NCBI GenBank assembly: GCA_002633005.1
Contig: NMRA01000764.1
Coordinates: 8,048 to 72,047, forward strand
From: Phoronis australis
Taxonomy: Eukaryota > Animalia > Phoronida
Length of the DNA: 64,000 nucleotides
Direction of reading: 5' to 3'
Position numbers and translations under genes: made by a program
Shown: positions 1 to 11,820 of the stretch, piece by piece
How the letters are laid out: each line of letters opens with the position of its first letter
How positions within the stretch are numbered: position 1 is the stretch's first letter
The notes under the pieces: generated by a model
Told to the model about the DNA's origin: nothing
Databases searched by the model: none
What the model saw: only the letters and a program-made list of their open reading frames with translations

Positions 1-1069
1 AAGGGCAATAAATTATCTACGTAAGTTATTGTGTACTCGAGCATAGAATAATAGACACTTATCTTGAGTTCGCCCAAAAGTAGAGTAGAAAATGCCAAAC
101 CTAATTTGGAGATCCATTTCGAGTAAAAAGATTGGAGACCGGGCCCTGATTTCAGGGCACACTCACTCAAAAACAACGATACAGAAAAATGGTAATTGTG
201 TAACTGGGATAACTTGTCACTCTACTGGATCTCAGTTATGGTCATCTGTGTTGTGGCCTTCTTAGAAGTTATCTGCATTTAATATTGAAGTGTTGTATTT
301 TATTTGAGCGACTTTGTCATTTGTTAATCAGCTGGACTTTGTCTGTCATTGAAAGGATACCGAGCCCGGTTTTGGCCTAATAACACATACTCAAAAGTGT
401 TCCACTTCTCTTACACAAAATAATGGTCTGTAACCTCCGCCAACCCTCAAAAGTTTGGAGGAGATTTTGAAAACTTCTTCAGTACAATCTTGCTAAACGG
501 GCAAGCGTGACCTACGCTGTAGTGCAACTGTTGAAAGGCACAAGGGATAGGAAGTATAAGTGTTTATTTGATCCCAGCTTTTAACTTGGAAGATTGACAC
601 TAAAGATGGATTAGCAGAAAACAGAACGAGGATTGGTTGAAATCATCAAAACAAGGTTTGAATTACGGGACTATGCAGGACCACCAGACGACGTCACGAC
701 CGGTTACAATTTTTGCACCAATAAGTACTAACACGACTGACAACAGAGTTGAAAGGTATATTGCCGTTCAGTTGTAAACTTTCCTGAAAAAATGTTTTGT
801 ACTTCAGTTACAAGTTTGTCGGGCATTGTAACTGCTTTCCTAACTAAACTTCATAATGTGAAATATCATAGCCGTAGGTCATGCGTATGCTAAATTCGTT
901 TTCGAGGGCAGATTTAATTTGTCCTTTATTCATTTAATTAAAGAGACTTTGCTACTGAGTTATGAAACCACTGGAATTTGATTGACTTGTTTGTGATGAT
1001 GGGTATATTGGACCTTATTGCCACGTGTGCGAATTTAACCAAATCTACATGGCTTAAAGTAGAAACTCA
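1..1069 (+). repeat. Near-identical direct copy of 3534-4382 (probable allelic/haplotype duplicate)
   Basis: Sequences align with scattered SNPs; this copy has ~214 extra bp at ~503-716. Confidence 0.85.
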
Positions 1070-1070
1070 A

Positions 1071-1146
1071 CAGTGGCGGATCTAGGATATCACAAGGGGG
1101 GGGGCCCAACATCTTGTCCANCCCCCCTCCCGTAGATCCGCCACTG
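1071..1146. mobile_element. hAT-like MITE ends CAGTGGCGGATCTA...TAGATCCGCCACTG, joined across an N
   Basis: 14-bp perfect TIR; similar ends at ~4776 and ~7174; no TSD. Confidence 0.6.
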
Positions 1147-1597
1147 AAGAAAAAAAACAGTTCACTATGCTAAAAATATTTGATCTAGAGAGTATATGTA
1201 TCAAGCGTACAATATAAGAATTTTTACCAAAAAATGTCAATTTCAAAAATAGCAGAGCGTTAATTGGTAATGTTAAATATCAGTTTGTGGAAACCGTTCC
1301 TGGCTGTCCCACCAATTATTTAATGAAGTGAAACGAGGCAGTCACCGTGTAGTTCGGTTTTTCCCGTTTTGTAAAGCGAAGAATCATTTACAGCCGTTCA
1401 ACATCCCAAAAAGCCTGTTCAATTTTTTCACGAATCAATGACTCCGTAAAATGTGACGTATTTGGTAAATGCCGGCGGAGTATGAAAATACGCAGCAGGT
1501 ATATGCATGTGCAGTGAAATAATTCTTCTGGAAAATGAAAATAAAATCACTCTGGAAATACCAATGATTCCTAAATATACCGTGACTTACGAGTGCN

Positions 1598-1803
1598 GGG
1601 GCTCCAAGAAGCCCCCACATTTGGCGAAGTGGGAAAAAAGCTCCTTCTCAGAGAAATCATAGTCTGCGAAAACGAGACAAAAGTCCACTAAAAAGGGGCG
1701 GATGCACAGCTCTGAACGAGCTACCCTGTATTTTAGAGCCTGTTGTTTTTTTAGTACAAGATCCACATTGTCAGCCATTCGAGCCCCCCTATATTTTAGG
1801 CTG
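1598..1803 (+). repeat. Dispersed repeat, related copy at ~19345-19560
   Basis: Shared CATTTGGCGAAGTGGG...CTCAGAGAAA...TCCACTAAAA...CCCCCATATT blocks. Confidence 0.65.
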
Positions 1804-3278
1804 GTGCCCGCATGTTATTGAAATTATACAATCCAAAAATAAAAGAATCCTAGAACTTCAAAATATGATCGTCGAATATTTGAATTCGCAAAATGTGATG
1901 GCTAAATGAACATGTAAATGAAGTGATGCTCCAGTTCACCAGTTCAATTCCAGGAATTTCCAAACGTAAAGTGGAGCGATTTATTGTAATGCACCCATGG
2001 AATGTTACGAATTATTGGATCGCAAGATGATACAACTAAATGATTTCGTAAATAATATTAATAAATGAATCTAAAATGCAACTAATTAACGATCCGTAAA
2101 ACGCCATAAAATAACCGGTCGAAAAACTGCGTCGACATTAATGAATCCGTGAAAAAAATCACCAAGGAGTTAACTATAAAATCATAACGTTCTGTGGGTA
2201 AATGAATATGTGAAATGCAAGGAACCTAAATCCAAATAATGCAGTGAATCAATGAATATATAAGCAACTGCATATAATGAATCCATGAAATGCGAAGAAA
2301 TATTGAAAATTGACGATTTTACGAACAAATGATTTCGTAATATCTACAGCGATCAAACTAGGGTTCAATACTCGTCTTGCGGCCAGAAAATCTAGCTGTA
2401 CGAATTGTACTCAATCAAAAGAAATGACGTTGAAAGTCGGAAAACTTGCAACAAAAACGACAGTCTGTCCGCCAATTGTTTGAGGGACCACTACCCCAAA
2501 GGCAAATTTCTGTTCAAGAATCAAGAATGACCAACGACCTGTATCTAAATTTGTGTTGCCCTACAGTATGTGGTTTAGTTTTCGAAAGTACCCATTCATA
2601 TGCAATTCCCACGAAGATATCTCCGTTTTCTTCACTGCTGGATCACATGTGGCACGATTTTACATTGAGAACACTCTTTCGCTACGCAGTAGGCCTATCT
2701 CTAAAAGGCGGGTTTATTGGTGTGGATTATGTAACTACATGTACGTGGTTACCTGGTTGTTGCATTTCGATGGCTTGGTTGAATTTGAAAATTTCTTCTT
2801 CAGCAGTTGTGACTTGAAAATTATTTCGGATGTACTTTGAACAAATACTGTTACAACGGTCTCTACTGAAGTGCTCGTAGTTTATTGGAAAGTACAATAA
2901 CTCCTTCCGAGAAGTAATAGAAAATGACCAATTGACTTTATTTTCCCTTTGATTGGGAAGCCATGCTGTGTCAGAATGCGGCCATTCCCTTGAGGGCGCA
3001 CCGTGATAAGTTTGTCTTACCAGATACATGAAGGACGACACAGGTGCATAACTTCCGTTATTAATTACATTTTGGTCTGGCTGATACTTGCTGTTACAGA
3101 AAACATCCTGACAGTTACCGGTTTCGGNAGTTACCGGTTTCGGCTACATGTGTGTACTCAATGGAGCCCTCAAAACTTGACCAATCACTTGTTTGACTTT
3201 GAAAAGCGAAGTGAAAAATCTATTCAGTGAATCAGGAATACATGTGCGTCTTTATGCATGTACAATGTTTCACACCTG

Positions 3279-3678
3279 GGCCCGGTCTCTAATCTTTGTA
3301 CTCGAAACGAACTCGAAACTATTTTTGGCAATTTTTTGCTCCTTTTGTGCGAACTTAAGATAAATGGTTATCAGACTGTGCTCGAATACAATATAGTTTA
3401 TGCATAGGAGTTTCTAGTTCAAGTTTGCTCTTGAAGACTCCTATATTCGTGCTACAAACTCGAGTAAAAACTCGAAGTTTCGAGTTCAAACTCGAACTTA
3501 TTGCTTTAATATTGGGTTTACAAACTGTGAACTAAGGGCAATAAATTATCTACGTAAGTTATTGTGTACTCGAGCATAGAATAATAGACACTTATCTTGA
3601 GTTCGCCCAAAAGTAGAGTAGAAAATGCCAAACCTAATTTGGAGATCCATTTCGAGTAAAAAGATTGGAGACCGGGCC
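3279..3678. mobile_element. Foldback MITE, PIF/Harbinger-group-like, CTG target duplication
   Basis: Ends GGCCCGGTCTC...GAGACCGGGCC, ~130-bp imperfect inverted arms, CTG on both sides. Confidence 0.7.
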
Positions 3679-6639
3679 CTGATTTCAGGGCACACTCACT
3701 CAAAAACAGCGATGCAGAAAAATGGTAATTGTGTAACTGGGATATCTTGTCACTCTACAGGATCTCAGTTATGGTCATCTGTGTTGTGGCCTTCTTAGAA
3801 GTTATTTGCATTTAATATTGAAGTGTTGTATTTTATTTGAGCGACTTTGTCATTTGTTAATCAGCTGGACTTTTTCTGTCATTGAAAGGATACCGAGCCC
3901 GGTTTTGGCCTAATAACACATACTCAAAATGTTCCACTTCTCTGACACAAAATAACGGTCTGTAACCTTCGCCAACCCTCAAAAGTTTGGAGGAGATTTT
4001 GAAAACTTCTTACAATCTTGCTAAACGGGCACCAATAAGTACTAACACGACTGACAACAGAGTTGAAAGGTGTATTGCCGTTCAGCTGTAAAGTTTCCTG
4101 AAAAAATGTTTTGTACTTCAGTTACAAGTTTGTCGGGCATTGTTTTACTTTCCTAACTAAACTTCATAATGTGAAATATCATAGCCGTAGGTCATGCGTA
4201 TGCTAAATTCGTTTTCGAGGGTAGATTTAATTTGTCCTTTATTCATTTAATTAAAGAGACTTTTCTACTGAGTTATGAAACCACTGGAATTTGATTGACT
4301 TGTTTGTGATGATGGGTATATTGGACCTTATTGCCACGTGTGCGAATTTAACCAAATCTACATGGCTTAGTGTAGAAACTCACGTACGTAGAATTTGACT
4401 TCGGTTTTTTCTTGTCTGACGACATTCATTGCTTCACATGAGTACAATTTACCAAAAAAAGAAAAGCACAGTCATAATAAAACAACCGATTACAAGATGA
4501 AAATATTCCGTGATCTCACTGAAAAATAAAACACTGCTAACTTCTAAAATATGATTTCGGCGTTTGCGAACGGTGTTTAAATCATAGTAATCGAAAGTTT
4601 TACAAGTAAATCTGAACAGTTATTTCTGAGATATAAACATTCAAAGTTGGGGGTTTATATAGTACGTGTTCTCTGGGGATAGTCTCGACCTGAGCAAGCC
4701 CATTGTCCGAGTGAACCAAAGATGTCGCCGAACCACCAACACAAAATGACACCAGAGTCGGAAAGGCGGAGGGCCAGTNGTGGCGGATTTAAAGGGGGGG
4801 CCAAGGGGGCCATGGCCCCCCCTAAAATTCTCCAAGATTCCATTGGGCAGTTCGGGAGTGCCATGAATATCTGACAGGCAAAATCCAGGCAGTGGCTAGT
4901 CTGCCCCGGCGGCCTGGCCCCCCTAACTCAGTCATCCTGCCGATCCGCTCACGAGGACTGTCTCTTCCATGAGGCTGCGCACCGTGAGATGTCTTGCAAA
5001 AGAACGATACAGGCTGGCGTGTAACTTTTGTTAATGATAACCTTTTGACAGTCGAAGTCCCATTTCGATACTTTATTTTTGATGACCAATGTGCTGAGCC
5101 GTCACTAGGCGTCCTCAGCTTTAGATCGTCCCGGCAATTAATAGGGCCTACTCTGTATACAATGCTATTTATATACTGTATTGTGCACGATGAGAAGCTG
5201 AGGACGTCTGTGCTGCTGATTTTTTTAGAAGTTTTTTTTTGTGCTTTGACCGCGGATTTGTTGCGAACTCGGTGGTCGGAGCACTGGTTTACTACCCGTT
5301 TCATAAATTTATAGACTTTTGTGTTTGCTATGGACGGCTGAAGTGACGCACCCGTGGAATTTCTAGTCCGGAGTATCATACCTTGCAGTATATTACACAG
5401 TGTATTGGGGACGATCAGAAGCTGTGAGGAAGCCTGTGGTTGTACCAGACTATGGCCAAGGAAAGTTTAGTGTTCCAGCCAGCAGACAGCTCAACTTGCG
5501 GAAGTAAACATTGGTCACATGATTAGAGAGTAGAGTAATTTTCCTGACCTCAATTGCGCGCCATGCAAGTTAGAAAAGTCTAATTCCGTAGAAATATGCA
5601 AGTTTAATCATGGGAACTTTCTATAATGATTTGCCACACGCAAAACTTTGAAGATTTGTTTGTTTGCGACAACTGTCAACCGTCAGTGTTTACTTCCGCA
5701 ATGGCCTTTTATGGCCTGTTTCGAGACCAGGGGTTGGTTTTGCCGCTGCAGTGCTCTCAACGCTGACTCTACAGTGCCAACTGTGATGTACGCAAGTATT
5801 AGATATGGTTACATATTTCAGAAATCTTAGAGATATAATCAGAGTGGCTTGAAATTCAACCTTATCACCGTTCATTTCCATCATCAAATATGCCCTTGCT
5901 AGGCGGCGGCGTCTACACAGTCTCACATGTGATGTATATTGCCTAGCCTCCCTGCGGCCTAGGGCTAGGTCTAGACAGTGCCACAGTCTCTACTTAGAAG
6001 TAGAGACAGTGTCCATCCCATAGGACCTCCATTCACCGAAAGCTTTACCAGATATGCCAGTTCAGAACGTCTGATAAAATCTGGTTCTTTTTTAACTCAG
6101 CTGCTCAGCACAGTGTTTTGTCTAGTATGACAACATGCATGCCAATCATCTACCATGCTTCAAAGACTTAATGATACCAAGCAAAAATAATTTTGTCATC
6201 GGGTATCACTGCCTGGGAATGAATTTCAGTTACAGCGTCCGACGTTATGAAAATGCCCATCTCACAATAATAGTGACGTGTTGGGTCAAATCTCGAATTT
6301 GAGGTCACCCAAAATTATTAGTACCACAGACGTCCCATAGGTGTTGCTTGAAATGTGTGCGATTGCGATGCTAACACTTCAGTGCAGCGGCGGTGGTCGT
6401 ACTAGGTCTAGTAGGACCCCCCAAAAATGGCAAAAAATGGGACTTACTTACAGTGACTAGAGACTGCATGGGGATGTTTTGTGATTTTACCTATTTATCA
6501 ACTTGTTATGATATTAGAAGGTAAGCATGTATATCATTGTATTGTATTCAACACATGTTGGGATTAAGCATGTATATCATTTTATTGTATTCAACACANA
6601 ACCAATGACTGCCAAGATTACATCGACCAATGCTAAAGC

Positions 6640-6800
6640 ACGTGCCACTAGGTGATACCTGCGTGCTGGCTGGGCGCGAAAAGGCCACGCTTCTTTTCCC
6701 CACTACACCCGGAAGAGCTGGGTTCTGTGCGCGCGCAGGGAGGTCAAGTAGGTGACCTTTACTCTTGTCAGTGTAGGTGACCTCTATCTACGTGACCTTT
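6640..6800. promoter_or_regulatory. GC-rich promoter-like patch
   Basis: GCGCGAAA (E2F consensus on - strand) at 6674-6681, CCGGAAG (ETS) at 6709, repeated AGGTCA/TGACCT half-sites; ~2 kb upstream of the ASB-like ATG. Confidence 0.35.
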
Positions 6801-7239
6801 GTTTACTTCTGCTAGTTCAGCTGTTCGTTTCATGTTCATCGATTAGATCGTTTTACAACTCGGGTGCATTGCTAGATTTATTTTTGTTAACATATACACA
6901 CGACGCAAGACTTTATTTTCTGCACTAATATCTGGCTACCCTTTCAGAATAATATATACCCACATAATTTAAAAATTGAGGGTTGTGCAGGGCCAATCGA
7001 CGACCGGTTACCGATTTTTACCATTTAATTACCGAATTCAACAGTGAACGCAGGTGAGAACATCTCATCTCAAGCACAGCAGAATAAAGAGCGTTACACA
7101 GTAAGTTTTTTTGCTTTTACCAACGATATCAGAGCCAGAACAGTCATTGCGGCCATTTTTCAAATGAGAATTTCAGTGGCAGATTTAGAGCCCCCCCCCC
7201 TCTTAAAATTTTATGTCTGAGATATCAAAGCGGGCGTCA

Positions 7240-7491
7240 TAATTTTGGAAATAAGCACATATTTGTGTTTCTCAGGAAGGTGAAGAATTTCAGATCACGC
7301 ATCTTTGAATGTTTGTCCAGTTTATCAATTTTTTTAGCGTCCAAGTTGCAGCCCACAGCACAGCAGTAATTATTTGCTGGCATTGGAAGGACAAATTAAG
7401 TAATGCATCTGAGAAAACCTTTTAAAGAATCATACAAGAAAAATAACATGTGGAAGTTCTTGCTGAAACTGAAGTAACCTGGGATGGCCCT
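7240..7491 (-). mobile_element. Partial ISL2EU-like MITE with THAP N-terminal remnant (same family as 19936-20327)
   Basis: End AT-AGGGCCATCCCAGGTTAC on - strand; translates MPANNYCCAVGCN...MRDLKFFTF. Confidence 0.65.
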
Positions 7492-7683
7492 ATGTGTTGC
7501 AATCAAGCTGAATTGCTTAGCATTTTTTGTCTTACCACATACTCAACAGCTTAATTGCCCTGTCCAAGTTCTTCCAAGATAAATAAACACTCTTGACATT
7601 CCAGTTTCAAACATTCATTGAGAACTGTATATTTATTAATTTATAACACATCTGTGCATACAAATATAGATCTATATATATAN

Positions 7684-8292
7684 TTCAACACCTCTGCTAT
7701 CAGTCATGTTGGGATTAAGCATGTATATCATTTTATTGTATTCAACACCTCTGCTATCAGTCATGTTGGGATTAAGCATGTATATCATTTTATTGTATTC
7801 AACACCTCTGCTATCAGTCATGTTGGGATTAAGCATGTATATCATTTTATTGTATTCAACACCTCTGCTATCAGTCATGTTGGGATTAAGCATGTATATC
7901 ATTTTATTGTATTCAACACCTCTGCTATCAGTCATGTTGGGATTAAGCATGTATATCATTTTATTGTATTCAACACCTCTGCTATCAGTCATGTTGGGAT
8001 TAAGCATGTATATCATTTTATTGTATTCAACACCTCTGCTATCAGTCATGTTGGGATTAAGCATGTATATCATTTTATTGTATTCAACACCTCTGCTATC
8101 AGTCATGTTGGGATTAAGCATGTATATCATTTTATTGTATTCAACACCTCTGCTATCAGTCATGTTGGGATTAAGCATGTATATCATTTTATTGTATTCA
8201 ACACCTCTGCTATCAGTCATGTTGGGATTAAGCATGTATATCATTTTATTGTATTCAACACCTCTGCTATCAGTCATGTTGGGATTAAGCAT
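7684..8292. repeat. 57-bp tandem repeat, ~10.7 identical units; related units at 6521-6598
   Basis: Unit TTCAACACCTCTGCTATCAGTCATGTTGGGATTAAGCATGTATATCATTTTATTGTA. Confidence 0.97.
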
Positions 8293-8692
8293 TTTTTTCA
8301 GAAGTGACTCTTAGATACATCACTACAAATGATTGCTTTGCCTATTTTATGCAGTTGACCTGATTTAGTACTTCCTTTGCTCATGAGCTTGGTGTGTCAA
8401 GCTATCGTAATTTATCGGCACAGCCAATCTATATCCACGCTGTTGCCATAGCACAGATGAAGTGATTTGTAGGATTCCTTAGTTCAGGAAGAAATTGATA
8501 CCAATGGTAAACTTGTTTGAATCAAAGCTTGTTTTTTACAGAAATCTGATGATCCACCAGCTTCAATGATGTGATGGTATTGCATGGCTCTGACAACTGT
8601 TTTGCTTTTACTACCAGGTCTTTGACCACCTGTGGGAACCTTCTGTATTTAATTCTAAACTTTTTTACTGTTTCAGTTTTTATGAACCTAAA

Positions 8693-9292
8693 ATGTCAAA
8701 TGACGAAGATTCGTCATCCTCTGACACTGAGACGGAGACTAAGGAGTCGCAGTTTCTCAGTGCTGTTCTTCGCAATGATTTTCGCCGTGTCACAGAATTC
8801 ATCGATGAAGATGTTGATGTAAATTATACAGAACGAAACCAACATGCCATGTGTATTTCTGCATCCAGGGGAAATGTTGCCATGTGTCGGCTCTTAGCAT
8901 CGAATTACTGTGAGCTCGATCATGCAGACATTTCTGATTCTCCGTGGTTTCGCCAGCCAATCCATTTTGCTGCAGCCCGGGGTCATGCTGACGTTACTGC
9001 ACTGTTTCTGTCGCTGGGTATTAACCCTGATGTACGTGATGCTGATAACAGAACACCTCTTTACTGGGCTGCTACTTATGATCATGTTGATGTTGCCAAG
9101 GTGTTAGTCCAGGGGAAAGCTGACATAAACACTGCGCATAAAGATGGCTTCACAGCTTTACATGCTGCCACGTGTCTTGGTAAAGTCAACATGTGTGAGT
9201 TCTTGTTGAGTGTAGGTGCTAGAGTTGATCAGGTGGATGTTTCAGATGGGTGGTCAGCACTTCACGCAGCTGTCTGTTATGATCGTCCGCAG
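8693..9292 (+). CDS. Ankyrin repeat and SOCS box (ASB-like) protein, coding exon 1
   Basis: ATG at 8693, 200 codons with ankyrin motifs (PIHFAAARGH, TPLYWAA, TALHAATCLG, SALHAAV); ends at CAG|GTAAGA donor at 9292 (phase 0). Confidence 0.9.
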
Positions 9293-9598
9293 GTAAGACA
9301 TCTATTCAAAACCCTCATTTTCTTTTTCTACCGTGTATTTCCATTTCTGCCTCTTTCAAGTTAGATTTCCAACTACTGTGCAATCCATCTGTCACCCCGC
9401 CATCACTTAACTCTAAACAATATTGTTCTTCTTTCTGAAGTGATTTCAACTTTTAATGAAATTTCTGTGTAAAACAAAGATATTTCTTGGATTTTGAGGT
9501 TTCAAAATGTGTGCAGCATGCAGTAAAACTGGAATAGTGCTTGTTTTGTAAGAAAACAAGGTAAAAGCATGAACATTTTGAGGCATCCAGTTGAGAAA

Positions 9599-9700
9599 CT
9601 AATTCTGGAATTTGAAATAAAACTTATTGGAGTTAGCGACGTGAGAGACGGGCACAGCGTTGCTAATTCTAGTAAGTCTTATTTCAAATTCCAGTATTAG
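9599..9700. repeat. Inverted repeat/hairpin (43-bp arms, 16-nt loop) in the ASB-like intron
   Basis: CTAATTCTGGAATTTGAAATAAAAC... pairs with ...CTTATTTCAAATTCCAGTATTAG. Confidence 0.8.
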
Positions 9701-9971
9701 ATTAAAATTTTATCAATAAACAACGAAGGTATTTCATTTAGTAAAATTTGCTAAATTACTAGTTTGAAACTACGAGTTTGACATTCTGAAGTCGTTCTGT
9801 AACATCACAGCCAGCACGAGCTGAAACTGTTATTTTGTGTATGTGTGACTGCCCAATTGTCTCAGCTATCAACGCGAGATTATGGTGAACATATATACTC
9901 AGTGTGTTTGTTCCACACAATTGTTTTCTACAACCATGTTTAGTTTGATTCCACACATGTTTCACTTTTAG

Positions 9972-10505
9972 GTTATTGGAAGGCTCTTGCAGGCAGATGC
10001 AGATGTGAACTGCGTGACTCACGATGGTGACACACCCCTTCACATTGCGGCAGACCTTGGGAATCTCAACACTGTACGCCTGCTATGTCAGCGTGGAGCT
10101 GTGATCAATGCAAAATCAGCAAAGGGAATGACCCCGTTGTACCTAGCAGTAAATAAAGGTCACCTAAAGATTATTAAGTACTTGATTAAACAAGGTGCTG
10201 ACTTAGACACTGTGACTGAAGTTGGTTATTCACCCATCATCATGGCCGTCACCAGAGGGCACTACCATATTGTACAATTGCTGGCTCAGTCTGGTTGTGA
10301 TTTGAATGATTTGCATTATGTCCCTTTGTCCACGATTTTGCGAAACAAATATCTTCGGAAGCCTCGGAGTTTATTTGAACAAACATGTATTATTATAAGA
10401 AGATGCATTGGGGAAGGCCTTCCTGAGAAAGGGCGGAGTTTACCTCTGCCCCAGAAGTGTAGGGACATCATTACTTTCTCTGATTTAGTTGTGGATGATG
10501 GCTGA
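9972..10505 (+). CDS. ASB-like protein, coding exon 2 (ankyrin repeats + C-terminal SOCS box)
   Basis: TTTTAG acceptor ends at 9971, in frame with exon 1. Motifs GDTPLHIAA, GMTPLYLAV, then SOCS-box-like PRSLFEQTCIIIRRCIG...LPLPQKCRDII and TGA. Joined protein is 377 aa. AATAAA at 10843. Confidence 0.9.
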   Translation, partial: VIGRLLQADADVNCVTHDGDTPLHIAADLGNLNTVRLLCQRGAVINAKSAKGMTPLYLAVNKGHLKIIKYLIKQGADLDTVTEVGYSPIIMAVTRGHYHIVQLLAQSGCDLNDLHYVPLSTILRNKYLRKPRSLFEQTCIIIRRCIGEGLPEKGRSLPLPQKCRDIITFSDLVVDDG

Positions 10506-11820
10506 TTATACGTACATGTATCAATCACACTGAAGCCACACAACCATCCAGTTCTTTATGGCCTTCAACGTTCTAAACAACAGCTTTTAAATTAGATCAC
10601 CTGCCAAAGTAAAATAATTTGAAATATATATTTTAAAATTTTTCCGTTGAGATTGAGGTGGATAATGTTTACATGCCAGTGCATGTATGTATGTGATAAC
10701 AGGACAGTGAATACCGGTAGACTGGTTCCCGTTCCCAACACAGCTTTGTTCCTAGCTCTTGGGTGTTCTGTGTTTTTATTGTTTGTAATTGGAGAAATGT
10801 GACTGTCAATTTTGGGGTCATTGTTAAGTTTTCAAACTGAGTAATAAAGACAAATTGAACCCATTTTATTAAGGGTCATCAGTATGGTCTTAGCCAATGT
10901 AACTTTGATGTTGATTTGCACGTACATGTGGTTCATTAACATGTATTCTAAAGGTGATTGTTAATTTTGAAATATAAAAAGATCAATGTAACATCAGCTG
11001 CAACTGTTCTTTACTATTATTATTATGCCCACTATCATGTTTGCAATATTCCTACGACGAGCGTACTACATTTGATGAAGTGTCAACAAGCTTAATGCAG
11101 TTTTAGATTTTTCATAGCAGTGGCCAAGTCCGGCAGTGTAATCTGGTGTTTTTGTTTCTTCACTTAGACTGTTGTTTCTCCTTTAAACACGTTGGTTTTC
11201 CGATAAACTAGACAGTCTTCAGAATAACTCATGACGAGTTTCACCCAACATACGAGAGGGCATTTTTGATGTGGTAAGAAACATTGTCAATTTTTTTCAT
11301 ATAATTAGACTTCATTGGCAAGGTGGGCAAATAGGCAAACTTTTTGTAAGCAACAAAACACAAAGCCATGAGTGCTACTTGACATATGGAAATTTTGTAT
11401 TGTCTAATTGATTTCGAAACTGCATTTCCTTTCAAGCTGGGCAAAACAAAAATATCTAGTGCTTTTTACTCATCAGATTTATAAAACTGGTCTCCACTTA
11501 CTTTTCTTGTGGCAATAGGATTCCATGTTATCAACCTGTGACAAGCAATGCTTGCGTGCACCATTTTCAAATGCACAGTTTTAAGGTTGGCCAACTCTCC
11601 GATTGTTTTCATCTTCTTGTTGGAAATATTTAACAATTCCATTTTCACTTTTAAGTCAGCTAAACACTCAGCTAAATGTAGCTTGAATTGTTGTGTGTAA
11701 AATAATCTTTAGTCTGGAATGTTTTGTATTTGGAAGCCTGTATTTATTTAATCAGGTCACATCAACATTGTTTTCAAACTGGAAATTAGCAGCCAATTTA
11801 CCTTTTGCTGTAATTAGAAC

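Noticed and set aside
2446-3050. Overlapping 95-123-aa ORFs, possibly a decayed transposon gene
   Set aside because: Could not assign any family motif with confidence.
4822-5379. 185-aa - strand ORF and overlapping + ORF
   Set aside because: No recognisable domain or splice structure; lies next to a hAT-like end.
7052-7100. GENISSQ... peptide as the missing PRIM2 exon 1 (ENIS)
   Set aside because: Only four residues match, there is an upstream in-frame stop, and strand and position are wrong.
7618-8314. Three ~200-aa ORFs of 19-aa repeats
   Set aside because: By-products of the stop-free 57-bp tandem repeat; open in several frames and on both strands.
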